This document shows, piece after piece, positions 23,412-35,500 of a stretch of DNA of 64,000 nt (its first letter is position 1; every line of letters starts with the position of its first letter). The position numbers were made by a program, and so were the translations under genes. The notes under the pieces are model-generated. The model saw only the letters and a list, made by a program, of their open reading frames with translations. It had not been told where the DNA came from and searched no databases. Source of the DNA: Blepharisma stoltei ATCC 30299 (Eukaryota > Protista > Ciliophora). Location: the NCBI GenBank assembly GCA_965603825.1, contig CBFDEM010000043.1, positions 62,001 through 126,000 of the forward strand, read 5' to 3'.

Positions 23412-23672
23412 GCCAGTATTTAATGCTATTTCTTTATAACAAAACGGTTTTTTCTTTTCTCGATAAATCCTTTCGAAAACTTTAAAAATATTATCATGTG
23501 GCCATAAGGTCTTTTTCTCCCAAGGGTAAAGTGCGCCTTGTGCAGTTTATTACAAATGTTCCATAAGCTTCTATTTCTTCCCCAAGCCAAAAACCTTTGG
23601 AAAATTGGCTTCTGCAAGTCGTCCTAAAATATTGGTTTTGTAATGAAAATTTATAGTAAGTTGAGAGATAAA

Positions 23673-26600
23673 ATGTCCTCGCCTCAAATGTAATTCTTAA
23701 TTAGCACAAATCTCCCAAAATCGCCTGCCAGAAGTATAAAAAGTGGCAAAAAAGACCCCGAGACGAGATTTTTTGAAAAAAGATTTAACAGACAAGTCCA
23801 TGTGAGGCCAAGCAGCGCACGGCATGACGACAGCTTTTCAAACGGCAGCCCAGGACTGCGAAAAAAAGGGCTTTCAGCCAAAAGAAGCAATATAACGAAC
23901 ACTCGTTATCATTTCAAGCGAGAAGACGATTCCAGCTTTATTAGCAGACTCAGACCAAGAATGGTGCCAATTGATAAAGAGCGTTTATTTGACGAAAATC
24001 TTGAATTAAAGATGAAGCTGAATTCCGTCAATGAATATATTGTAAAGCAAAAAACCAAAATCAGCTACTTGGAAAAAGAAATTTTAAAGCGAGAAGATTT
24101 TATAGACGAGATGCGAAAACAGCCTGTTGAAAATTTATCGTCGCCAGAAATAAAGCAGTATCACCTGATAGAAGGACTGAAAAATGCTAATAAAGGCTTA
24201 AAAAGTGAACTGGAAAAAAAAGAGCACGAAATTGATATGCTGAGGAGGAATTTAAAATGCACGAAATATGAAGAATTGGAGATTGAAAATCATGCATATA
24301 TTGATGAGTGTACAAGACTCAGGAGACATTTAGAAAACTTAATGGGCGGGAAAAAATCCCCTGTGAGTCATATTAATTCAAATAATGATTTTAACCCAAG
24401 AAGCGCACCTGAAGATTCTCCTAGTGAAAATGATAAAGCGATTATAGAAAATTTAAGACAAGAAAATACAGAAATAGTAAAAGCACTGAATAGAGGGACT
24501 GAAGAAATAAAAAAATTAAATGAAAGAATTATTGAGCTCGAAAATGACTCTGCAAATGAAAAAAAATCAGCGACAAAAAGTTTGAAGACGGAGATCCAGA
24601 AATTAAAGCTAAAAATGGATGAAGTTAAGAGGGAAAAAGAAAAAAGTGAAGAAGAAATGGGGAATAGGATGAAAAAAATGAGCATAGAGCATACAGAAAA
24701 AATTGAAAATTTAAATTTGGTTATAAGGAAGCATGAGCTGACGATTTCGACGTTAAAAAGCGAAATTTCAAATTTAAAAGAAGAATTAAAGGCAAATAAA
24801 GAAGACTGAAAGGCTGATAAAGAAGAGCTAAAGAAAAATAAAGAAGAATTAAAGGCAGCAAAAGACGAATTGTCAAAGAAAAAAGAGCCAGAAAAGCCAA
24901 TCATCATGAAAATCCCAAAATTATTTTTAAAAATGTACTTAAAAATGCAAAAAGAAAAAATAAATATTTTACAATTTTTGCAAAAAATAAGCAAAAATAA
25001 CAAAAAATTTGAAGATATATCAGAGTTTGTAGAAGAACTAAAAAGATTTGATATAAAAATAACTGAAAATGAAGCTTTGCAAGCTATTGATAAAATAGGT
25101 GGAAAAATTTCTATAGAAGAAATTATTGCAAGATATGAGCTATTTATTCAAGAAGAAATATATTCTGAGTCAAGCTCAGAAGAGGAAGAAAGTGATGTAA
25201 ATTTTAGCCCAAATGTCAAGCCAATTTCTCCTCAGAGCTCGCCACCTACTTCTCTGCGAACTGATGAAGAGTCAAAGCTAAGCCTAAATACGACAATAAA
25301 ATCTAAGCCTATGATAAAGATTGAAGAAATATCTAATGTTTTAAAGCACATTTCACTAAGAATGCAGCTTAATAGACTACCAAAATCGTCATTATCACAA
25401 ATATTATTTGGCGAAGCTTTTAGTGGGGAACAATTAGTGTCTAAAGTGCAGCTTATAGGGCTATTTGAAAACCCTCCTTTACAATTCCGATTAAATTCAG
25501 AGCTAGATAGACTGTGTCAATATTTAATAGAACAAGAAAATATGCCACAGTCAAATATGAATTCTATTACATCTATTATAAATAAGCTAGAAGCTTCCCT
25601 TGAAAACTGGTTCATTTTTGAACAAAGCGACGAATCTCAATTTGACGAGCTTTTATCAGAAGTTGTTAATAAATACAAAATAGAGCTAGAAGCCGCTTGC
25701 ACCAATAAAGATACTGAAAAATTAGGCCAAATTACTTTTACTGAGTTTAGAGAAGCATTAAAGGAATGTAAAATTGATTTACCAGAAAATGTTTTAAAAT
25801 ATATTTCACTGCTGTTTTATTCTCATAATTATGAGCTAAATTCTGCACCTTATATGAGCTTTATACAAGCTTATGGGGATAATTATATGGAGGATGAGTA
25901 TGAAGAAGCTGGAATTTTGGAGGAAGAACAAGCGGATATAGTTAGACAATATTTAGCTAAAATTGCAGAAAAATTGAGAAATTTACAGAAATCGCCGAGC
26001 GAGGTGTTTATTTCTAATGAATCAGGGCTGATTTCTCCAGATGACTTTTTGGATGGGTTAGAGACTCTGGAGCTAACGAATATTGATAAAGATCATTTAA
26101 ATTTTTTAATGCAAGCATTACAATTTGAAGAAGAACCACAAACTTGTTGTATACAAATAAAAGAGCTTGAAGGTATTTTAAGCCATTATCATGCAGCTCT
26201 GGGAGTTTTCGAAGGTAGTGCCACAAGTTCTACAAGTCACATAAAAAAAATCTCAATGCTAGAAGGTGAAGAAAACCTAGACTACAGCGAAGACTCCCCT
26301 GAAAAATCAAATCAAAACAAACTTTCTCAACAAATAAGTGAGGCTTCTCCATTTGCAGGGGATTTAGCCAATTCTTCAAAATTAAAAAGTTTAGGCTCTT
26401 CTAGAGGTAACATCCCAAGCGGATCAGGGACATTAAAGAAAAGCGATTTAGAAAATTCAGGGACTGAGTCACATAGATTATTAGAAATAAAATATGAAAA
26501 AGGTCCTGAAAATCTGCCCAAAAATTCTGGAGAAAATTCAAGTAATGAAGAATATGAAAATGATATTGAAAGCTACCAAAGCTCAAATACAAGAAGACAA

Positions 26601-27458
26601 AGATCGAGCACAAGGGGGCAGGGTGGAGAAGAAAAAAGAAGTGAAAAAGAAGAAATTTATAAAGAAAGTGAGAATAAAGAGAGGGAGAAAGCAGAAGAAA
26701 AGGAAGAAGGAAATATGAATTGTGTTGGAAAAGAAGAAGGGAAGATAGAAAGAGAGGGAGAAAGAGAGGGAGAAAGAGAAGGAACGGAAGGAGATGAAGA
26801 AAGGGGAGAAGAAGAGCTAGAAGAGCAAGAAGAACAAGAAGAAGAAGAAGGGGAAGAACAAGAAGAAGGAGAACAAGAAGAGGAGCATGATAAAGTAGGA
26901 GAAGAAGGAGAACAAGAAGGGGAAGAAAGTGAAGAAGAAGAAGAAGCTGGGAAAATTCAAGAAGAAAATACCAACATGAATGAGAAAGAAGGAGAAATTC
27001 ACCATGAAAAGCTTGATAAAAACGAAGAAACAAAAGAGATTGATATAAACTCAAACGAAAATAAGCACGAGTCTTTCAGCATGCAAAACTCTATTGAATC
27101 AACCAAAAACAGGCTTTCAGAGTCAGCCCTGCAAGTAAGAACTGTAAGTCTAACTGAATCTGAATCTTCAAATGAAGCTGTGGAGTATCCAAACATCAAT
27201 AAGCCTCCTTATAATGAAATAATAGAAAATGAGCTCGATGAAAAATCGAACAGAAGCTCAAATATTGGCAATACCAATCGAAGCCAAAAAATGCAAGTTG
27301 AAGATCTAAGAGATTCAAGCGCCGAAAATCTAGAAGACGAAAAATTATTTAAACTTGAAGAAAATAAGACATCATCAAGACTGAACTTTGAGCCTGATAT
27401 TGAGCCTACAAGAAGTGATAAATCTCTTGGATCTTCTAAGAACTCTATGATAAGATAA
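23673..27458 (+). CDS. Large coiled-coil protein with IQCE-like N-terminus, EF-hand-like middle and acidic tail
   Basis: ATG 23673, 15-nt intron 23690-23704 (gtaattcttaattag), TGA at 24807. KERLFDENLELK..KTKISYLEKE..LKCTKYEELEIENHAYIDECTRLR resembles IQCE; DTEKLGQITFTEF is EF-like; Glu-rich tract at ~26620-26960. Confidence 0.7.
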
Positions 27459-27501
27459 CTATTATTTTCACATTAATTGCAATATCTTTATAAACATTTA
27501 T

Positions 27502-29220
27502 TTATTTTTCTAAATTTATTGAATATTTTTTAGCCCACACCTCAACTGGATTTGGAGACGCAGGCCTTCCTTTTCTGATTTTCTGTGCATAAGTTTCATT
27601 AGGGTCATCTATTTCTAATTTTGTATACCCAAACCTATCTTTTACATCTACAACAGCTGGGATTTGGCAAGAAACTGTAGGGGTTGCCATAGAGTTTAAT
27701 GATTGTGTCCTGGTCATTGTAGGAATTAATGTAAATCCTAAGGTGCATGCTGAATACAGCTTGGTTTTTAGTGGTTTTTCAGGCTTTTCATTTAATAAAT
27801 TGTTGAGGGAAAGAGCGTGGCTGAGGTTTCTAGTTCCATTAATAGTTATGGCAGAAATTGGGCGGTTTCCAAATGATGTTAATGCTGAAATTGGCCGGTT
27901 TCCGAATGAGGATGTATAAGCCGATATAGGCCTTTGTGAAAAATGTGATGAGCTTGGCCGAAGCCCAGAATTTGGCCTAATAGACGACGCATTGGTTTTT
28001 GGTCTTATCATTAAATTCACTGGTGATTCAATTGGTGAAACTGGGATAGTCATCTGCCCACTTGTCATCAATTCTTGCAGTGGGCTTAAGCTTCTTTTAG
28101 GGCTTTGCCTCGCATTTGGCATAGCAAGCATCTGTTTAACATTAAAATCTGTTTTTTCTAGCTCAATTTTCCTTATATTCAATAGTGCTGATTTTGTAGC
28201 TATTGGATAATTTTTTTCTGTATGGCTAAAAGTTTCTTGGTCCATTACCCCTTCTTCTGAATACACATTTTTCATAATGGTTTGTGAGATATTCTTTTTC
28301 CTTTGTTCCCTCCACAAAAGCTTGTTTTCTAAGTTTGCCCTTAAGGTATTTTGGGTTTCCCTTGCCAAGCTTTCAGAAAACCGCTCTTTTGAAATTTTTA
28401 ATGCTTTTACAGAAGTAGCAGCAATTACAGAAAACTCTATAGGCTTGTTCAGAATAATTGAATCTTCCCCAACCCATTCACCTGATGCTGCAAGGCCAAA
28501 ATTATAGCAACTCGTAGTTCTTGACATCAAGCCTTTAGATGGGGCTGATTCTGGTCTTCGCACTGGATGTCTGGAGCTGACTAATTTACATTCTCCTTCT
28601 TCTATTATAAAAGCGTGGCTGCAGATTTCACCTTCTCTTATTAGTGAATCGCCATTTTTAAACTTGCAGGGCTCAAAGTAGCTTAAAACTTTTTCTTTTC
28701 CAGCTTGGCCAAGCTGTCTTACTCCTGGCACAGTTTTTACCAAAAATTCTAAGAGCCTAGCGTCATCTTGGATTTTTTTTACCTTTTCCATTGCTCTTTT
28801 CATACGTTTTCTGGGGATTTGGATAAGGATTGAATTTTCCCTTGAAGTTACCTTTGAAGGAATTCATTGATTGTGATCCAATAATTTTGTGTAACCAAAA
28901 ATTTGAAATTGGTCAAGAAAGTAGTCTTCTTTTGAACGGTTTTTCACATGAAGTTTTCCACTAAGTACAATATAAAGATCGGGCTTCTTATCTTTTTCTG
29001 TTATGCAAACTTCTAATGGTGCCAACTCTTTCAGCTTCATTAGATGACAAAACTAATTGGAAGTTACCTCAGCTCTTTGGTTCGGTGGAATTTGTCTGAG
29101 AATAGGATTTTCTTTGAATATGTTTTTGAGTCTCTGAATAATAGTTACATTAATATCTCCTTCAGTCTTGTTTGGCTTCATAAGAGCTTCTCTCAGCTCA
29201 TCTGCTGATTTTTTAAGCAT
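27502..29220 (-). CDS. Tandem cyclic-nucleotide-binding (cNMP)-fold protein
   Basis: ATG 29220; intron 29053-29067 (gtaacttccaattag, contains the in-frame TAG) and probable intron 29134-29148 (gtaactattattcag); TGA at 28864. LYIVLSGKL and GDSLIREGE..AFIIEEGEC..GEWVGEDS motifs. Confidence 0.8.
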
Positions 29221-29421
29221 TTTATTTAATAATACAACTGATATTTTTTGAAATAATTACATAAATGCTCAGACTGTATAGAAATAATACACAAAGGAAA
29301 ATTTTACTGAATAATACTAAAGAAAATAAACCATGTAATAAAGAAACGAAAAATATTTTTTAATTTTGTTGACAGAATTTCCTTATCTATATAATAAAAT
29401 TTATCTAGAAACTTAATTAAT

Positions 29422-30579
29422 CTAATATGAGTGAGACCATTTTCTAAAGAAAATCAATGTGTCTATACCTAATAGCAATAAAGGCACATAAAATACTGCC
29501 CAAAATGACAGAACATGCACAATTTTTCTATATCTTGGCTTCTTATCACAATAATAGCTTCTCTCAAAATTTGACGAAAAATGATCCAGGCTGATTTTTT
29601 CTTCAATCAAAATATTTCCATAAGAGTTTCTTATAGACATTTTTAAAAGTCTAAACTGTCAGTCAATCTCTATAAATCCAAAATTTTTAACTGTGACCCT
29701 ATGCCCTACGTTAAAGGTAAAAGGAAGCCATCCATAGAGATAAAGCAATATCAAATTTCCTCCCGTCGTAGTTATTGTATGAGTCATGCCGCTTGACGTA
29801 ACTTCGTAAAATAAATTATCATTACAAGTAATTTTCAATATTTCTGCCATGTGGACATCTCCAGTTAAAAGAATTACTCCTGAGATGTCGTTGATTAAGC
29901 TTAAAAGTTTATTTCTTGAGTATTCATCCCATCTTTCTGCTTTCCCAAAACGATCTTCTGTATAAACTTGTATCCCACTTGCTATCAAAGTGATATCTCC
30001 AGGCGTTTTTAATTGGTTTTCGAGCCATTTTCATTGCTCTTCGCCTAGGATGTCTACATCTTTTTCATTAAAATAGCGATTATCAAGCAAAATAAGCTTG
30101 ACAGTTTTTCCATTATTTCCAAAGCTAAATGAAATATAAATTCCTTTATGGCTTGTTCTATTTATATTGTCTTTTTCATCAATAAACTCAAGAAATAATT
30201 CTTTATAAGCATCTTTTAGAGGAAAATGTTTATCACCATTATTAATTCCGTAATCGTGGTCATCCCAAATCCCTGTTATCATTGTTTTTTCTGTCAAGGC
30301 TTTATATTCTGTATTATTTTTAAAATTTTGGTACATTTTTCTTGTGGCTTCTGGGTCCCGAGTTTTGAAAAAAGGAGGGTGAAATACAAGAACGTCTGAG
30401 TAAATTATATCGCCAAGCCATATAAAAAGGTCCGGGTTTAAATTTTGTATTGATTTATAAAGATCCGGATTATCATTCCCAAATTGATTTGCACAAGACC
30501 CAAATGCAATTTTTGTTAAATCTTTTGATTGGTCAACTTTAAGAGAGGCTGCTAAAATTGGAAGGAAAATCCATATCAT
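29422..30579 (-). CDS. Alkaline phosphatase D (PhoD) family, with signal peptide and C-terminal TM helix
   Basis: IAFGSC, WLGDIIYSD, WDDHDYG, LLDNRY and LTGDVH motifs; TGA at 30031 (LGEEQ-W-KWL) and 29659 (IEID-W). Confidence 0.9.
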
Positions 30580-30756
30580 TTTATTGTGAAAAACTATGGC
30601 TTATAAGTTGTAATAAAAATTGATAAAATTTAAATAATTCGGTAAAATCATTTAAATATTGTCGATATTAGCATTATTATAAGTTCCTGTGGAAATTTAA
30701 AAACAATTATAAATTATATGAGCAATTCCATTTTAATTAGCTAAATATTTTGAATA

Positions 30757-32290
30757 TTAAGCAGCATAGCTACTATATCTCATATTTTCGTAAACTCTGT
30801 TAAGAGCATTCACATATGCAGCGTCTCTATAAGAAATTCCATACATCCTTGCTGTGTTTCTTGTAGATTTCACTGATGTTCTGATAATTTCATCAAGAGC
30901 TGTATGAACCATTTCAAGCTCAGACGGAGGACGATGTACTAATACAGGCCAACTCGTAGCCGCTTTTAATAGAAATTCCATCAATTCAATTATATATTTT
31001 ATATAAAATTTTCTAATTTTAATTAGAGAAAAATAAGCCATTTCTATCTAGTACTATTAATACCCAAAGGAATATTTTTTCATTTGAGTTAAACTCTCAT
31101 CTCCTTATTAGTTTATCAGGACTAATATGGCCAATATTTTTCACATACTCAAAATATGACGTAATCACCCCTCCAGTATTCATTACAATATCAGGCAAAA
31201 TCACAATTCCTTGATTTGATAAATATTTTTCTGCATTTAACATTATTGGCAAATTTGCTGCTTCCGCAATAATTTTGCAGTTAATTTCCCTCATATTTTC
31301 TGAATTAATAGAATTTTCAACTGCAGCTGGTATATAAATATCGCATTTTTCCCTTATAAGGTCTTCCCCATCTAAATAAGTATCTCCTCCATTAAACCCT
31401 TTTACAGTCCTATGTCTCTTAAAATGTTTTAGCAGCCCTGCTATATTTAGCCCATTTTCATTATAAGTCCCTCCATCTTTTTCAATAATCCCAATAATTT
31501 TCGCATTCCCCATTTCCTGTAAAAACTTCGCAATATTTCTGCCGACCTTCCCAAATCCTTGAATTATGACTGTTTTATCATCAAGACACGGCGTCATATC
31601 ATGCCTTTCTATAGTTTCAGGATATTTCAAAAATTCATTTATTGCACAATAAAACCCAAAACCAGTTGCATCATCTCTTCCAGCGATTCCTCCAATAGAT
31701 TCAGGCTTCCCTGTCACAACTGCAGTCGAATTAAGATCATTTGGGGCAAGCTGGACATATTCGTCCATTATTCAGCCCATAACTCTGGAGTCAGTTCCTA
31801 TATCAGGGCCTAGCACATCTATAGAAGTCCCTAAAAATCCGAATTCTTTGAGCTCTCGTGCATATTTCCTTGTAAGCCGCTCTAGCTCAGCTTCGCTGAG
31901 ATATTGAGGGTCAACTGAAATCCCGCCATGGGCACCGCCATATGGGATATCAGCACAGGCCATTTTCATAGTCATCAGTACTGATAAGGCTTCTACATCT
32001 TGGATTTTCATATCTGGGGCATATCTGACGCCGCCTTTTAAAGGGTAAGTGTGGGCTGAATGATGGGCTCGGAAGGCTTGGAAACATTCAATACTACCAT
32101 TGTCAAGCTTTATAGGAAGGGTTAATTCAATTGTGTGGGATGAGCGTTTTAATGCATTTAAAAACTCTTTAGGAATTCTTGTGAATAGAGAAGAGCGGTC
32201 TATCAAGCCGTGAACAGTACCAAGGGAGCCTATATCAACGTCATATTTGGTTTTGAGAAATTTTGATCGATATATGGCTTTAAGTGCCAT
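30757..32290 (-). CDS. Glutamate dehydrogenase-like protein (catalytic Lys->His), interrupted by an 82-bp insertion
   Basis: AFRAHH, KGGVRY, PDIGT, VVTGKP..GG, IIQGFGKVG, EAAN and SYFEY motifs; TGA at 31772 (MG-W-IMDEY) and 31097. The frame breaks in the AT-rich insert at ~30991-31075. Confidence 0.85.
30991..31075. mobile_element. Putative retained internally eliminated sequence (IES), 82 bp, TAT direct repeats
   Basis: TAT at 30991-30993 and 31073-31075. Removing 82 bp and leaving one TAT restores the GDH frame (WEFNSNEKIIELMEFLL). The ends read TATATATTTT and, on the other strand, TATTCCTTTG. Confidence 0.65.
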
Positions 32291-32590
32291 TTTATTGGAT
32301 AGTTTAACTTAAACCAATAGCTCTCAAAGAGTATCCTATTTGTTATTAAAAAATAATAAATAATACTTATATTTCTTATGAATAAATTTTGTATACTTCT
32401 GAGGTAAAAATAGACTAATATTATATAGTTTGACTAAAAAAATATCTTGTAATTTTTATTTTATTTCTAAAGATATCAATATTTAGTTTAATTGCTATAA
32501 ATTTACCCCGTCACTCGTTTCGTTCTAATCTGCATTAAAATCTTTATATCCACTCTCTCTTTTTTACTTGATTCTGACTAAAATACTAAA

Positions 32591-35500
32591 ATGAATGGAG
32601 CTATAGCAAATGTTCTGAACAAAGTTTTAGGAGATATTACAGAAAACTTAAACCCAGAACAGCTTAAAATCTCTGTCTTTAATGGTGAAATGAGCTTAGA
32701 AAATCTGAAATTAAAATCTGAAGCAATCAAAACATTAGGCTTACCTTTTGAGCTGAAATATGGGTATATAGGAAAGCTGCATGCAACAATTCCGTGGACA
32801 AGCCTGACATCAAGCCCATTGAAAATTGAAATCAGTGATGTATTTATCCTGCTAACCCCTAGACCTTCATCAGACTGAAATGAAGACTTAGAAAAAGAGA
32901 TGGTAATGTCATCAAAAAATAAGTCAATCGAAAACTTCGAAGTTTTAAACTCGTCTGAGCTGTCTGTAAATTCTGACCCTGGCTTTACAGAAAAACTGGT
33001 CACAAAAATCCTTGACAACTTGCAAATTACCATAAATTCAGTCTACATCCGCTATGAAGATTCATCATCAAGTATATCCAATTTTGCAATAGGTTTAGCG
33101 ATAAAAAGTGCCCAAGCAATTACCACGAATTCTCAATGGAATAAAGAATTTGTCACAGACAGCGCTATAACCTATAAACTAGCATTATTAGAAGATATTA
33201 GATTCTTTATAGACCATGGCGATTCTCTAATAAAAAGTGATGAAGTAGGCGGCTTTGATTCTTTGGCAAGGCTAGAAATGAGTTCTCCACTAAACCATAG
33301 GTTTATCCTTAGCCCTTCAAATTTTCGCCTAGAGATGGTCATGAATAAAAACCCAAAAGACTTGACTATGCCTCAAGTTTTAGCAAATTTATATAATACA
33401 GAAATAAATATAGGGATTGAGACAAATCAATTGACTCATCTGTTTAAATTGGTCGATTTTATGACATTGTACACGAATTTTAGGAATGGAGTGGTCACTT
33501 CTTTTATTGAAATTCCGTTTACCAACGAAGAAGCCTCAGCTTATAGGGATATATATAAGCAATGAAAAATTTACAGCAAAGGAAAAGACCAAAATAAAAT
33601 AAATGGGCTTCAAAATCAGCTAGAAAAGTGGGAAAAAGGGTATAAATTGGATTCTATATTAAAAAATCGTGACGCTGTTAATAAAGAATTAGAAATTATT
33701 AGAAGAGAAGAAGCAGTCAAACAAGAAATCGAAAAACTTGAAACAGAAAACAAAGGAGGCAGACTTTCTGCATTTACTGGGTATTTTTGGGGAAAAAAAG
33801 AAGCTGATAAAAAACTAGAAGAAGAGGAAAAACAAAGGAAAAGGAAAATAATCGATGAGCAGCTAAAACAAATTCTCCATGAAAAAGAAAAATTTGCCTC
33901 AGACGTCGACCAATTCATAGCCAACGCCGAAGTTTTTGCAAACTTGCCTAGCACTTATTCAAGATTTATAGTAAAACTCCGTGTAGACTTAACAAAAATT
34001 ACTATAAAAGACAGTGAAAAAGAATTTTTGGTGCTTTTGGTCAACAATTTTTCAGTGGAAACTGGCATAAGGCCATCCTCTTCCTATGTGAAAATTTATG
34101 TAAAAAACACGATTTTAGAAGACAGAATTGTAAAAAGCCAAGCATTTCCTTACCTTATGTTCAATGAATTTTTAAACATAAATTTTGACCAACTTCCACA
34201 GCCAAAACTTATAATAGAATCAGGAGGGTCGAATATTGTGCTGAATATTCGGTCATTCTTGGCTGTTTCTGATGCATTTTCTTCAGCCATTGCACAAAAG
34301 GTGGATTTTAATAAATATCTAAAAGCGGCATCTGATAAAACAAATGAATATATAATAATGGGGCAAAATTATATTGGAGAATTAGTGAAAACAGGAGCAA
34401 AAGCAACTATTGAGCTTGATATTAGTATGAAAGCGCCTGCTATTTTTATTCCGTTGGATATCTATAGTTTAGATGAAGGAATATTGGTGGTAGATCTTGG
34501 TAATTTTAAAGGAAATTCCAGCATACAACAAATTGATGATACAGATTATGATAAATATCATTTTTCATTAGAAGATAGCAAAATTGCTGTTATAAAACAC
34601 TGCGATAGCTTAGTTTCGTGGAGATCTGGATCTTTCCAAGACTTTCTGCCTTCCCACAACTTAAACTTAGACCTATTTAACTGCAAAAACAAACAAGAAA
34701 ATGTGCCAGGATTCATACTAGAAGCTAAATTCAGCGCTATGCATTTTGACTTAGACGAGTCTCTGCTTCTTTTTTCTTTAAAGCTCAAAGACAGCTTACT
34801 TGAATTACTACCAAAATCTCCTCCTGAGCCAAAAATAGAAGTCCCTGCCATTAATTCTGAAAATATGTTAGACGAAGCTTTAAAAGACAAAATGAAGCGC
34901 ATTGACAATATTATTGGAGTCCTCGCAAAGGCAGAAGTAGAAGGAATTTCTTTAAAACTCAGAAGAGGGTCAAGCGAGCTCGGGATGCTAAATATAAATT
35001 CTTTAAAAATGGGTGTCCAGCTCAACAAAAATGGAGACGTCATCGGAAATCTAAGCCTAGAAAGAATCGAAATGAGAGACCTCAGAGACGGAATCGAAAT
35101 CAGAGAAATTATTTATAACCCTATAAAATTCGTAAAAGCTGACGAAGACGAATTTGTGGACGCAGTCGAAGAAATAATCCAGATATCTGTCAAATTTACG
35201 TTAAAACCTAGAGAAGACTCTTTAGAGCTATCACTATCTTTGAGTGATTTACGTATAATGGCGACCCCAGATTATATCGAAGACATCATGAAATTTTTTT
35301 CTTATCAGCTGCATGAAGCTTCAGTTTACCACCAAGAAAAAATAGACACAATGGTAAATTCTCACTACACCACTGCTTTTAATACAAAATTATCAGCAGA
35401 AATGTCAAATTTCGAGCTCTGGGTTCCAATTGATCCTAGAAACCATCACAAAAGAATAGGCTGTTTCCATTTTGGGCTGTCAATTATTTATAATTCTTCA

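Noticed and set aside
24368-27199. Long antisense ORFs (24368..25003, 26401..27054; similarly 42816..43424 and 3903..4433 in an alternate frame)
   Set aside because: Shadows of low-complexity or conserved coding sequence, with Phe/Leu/Ser-biased translations and no motifs.
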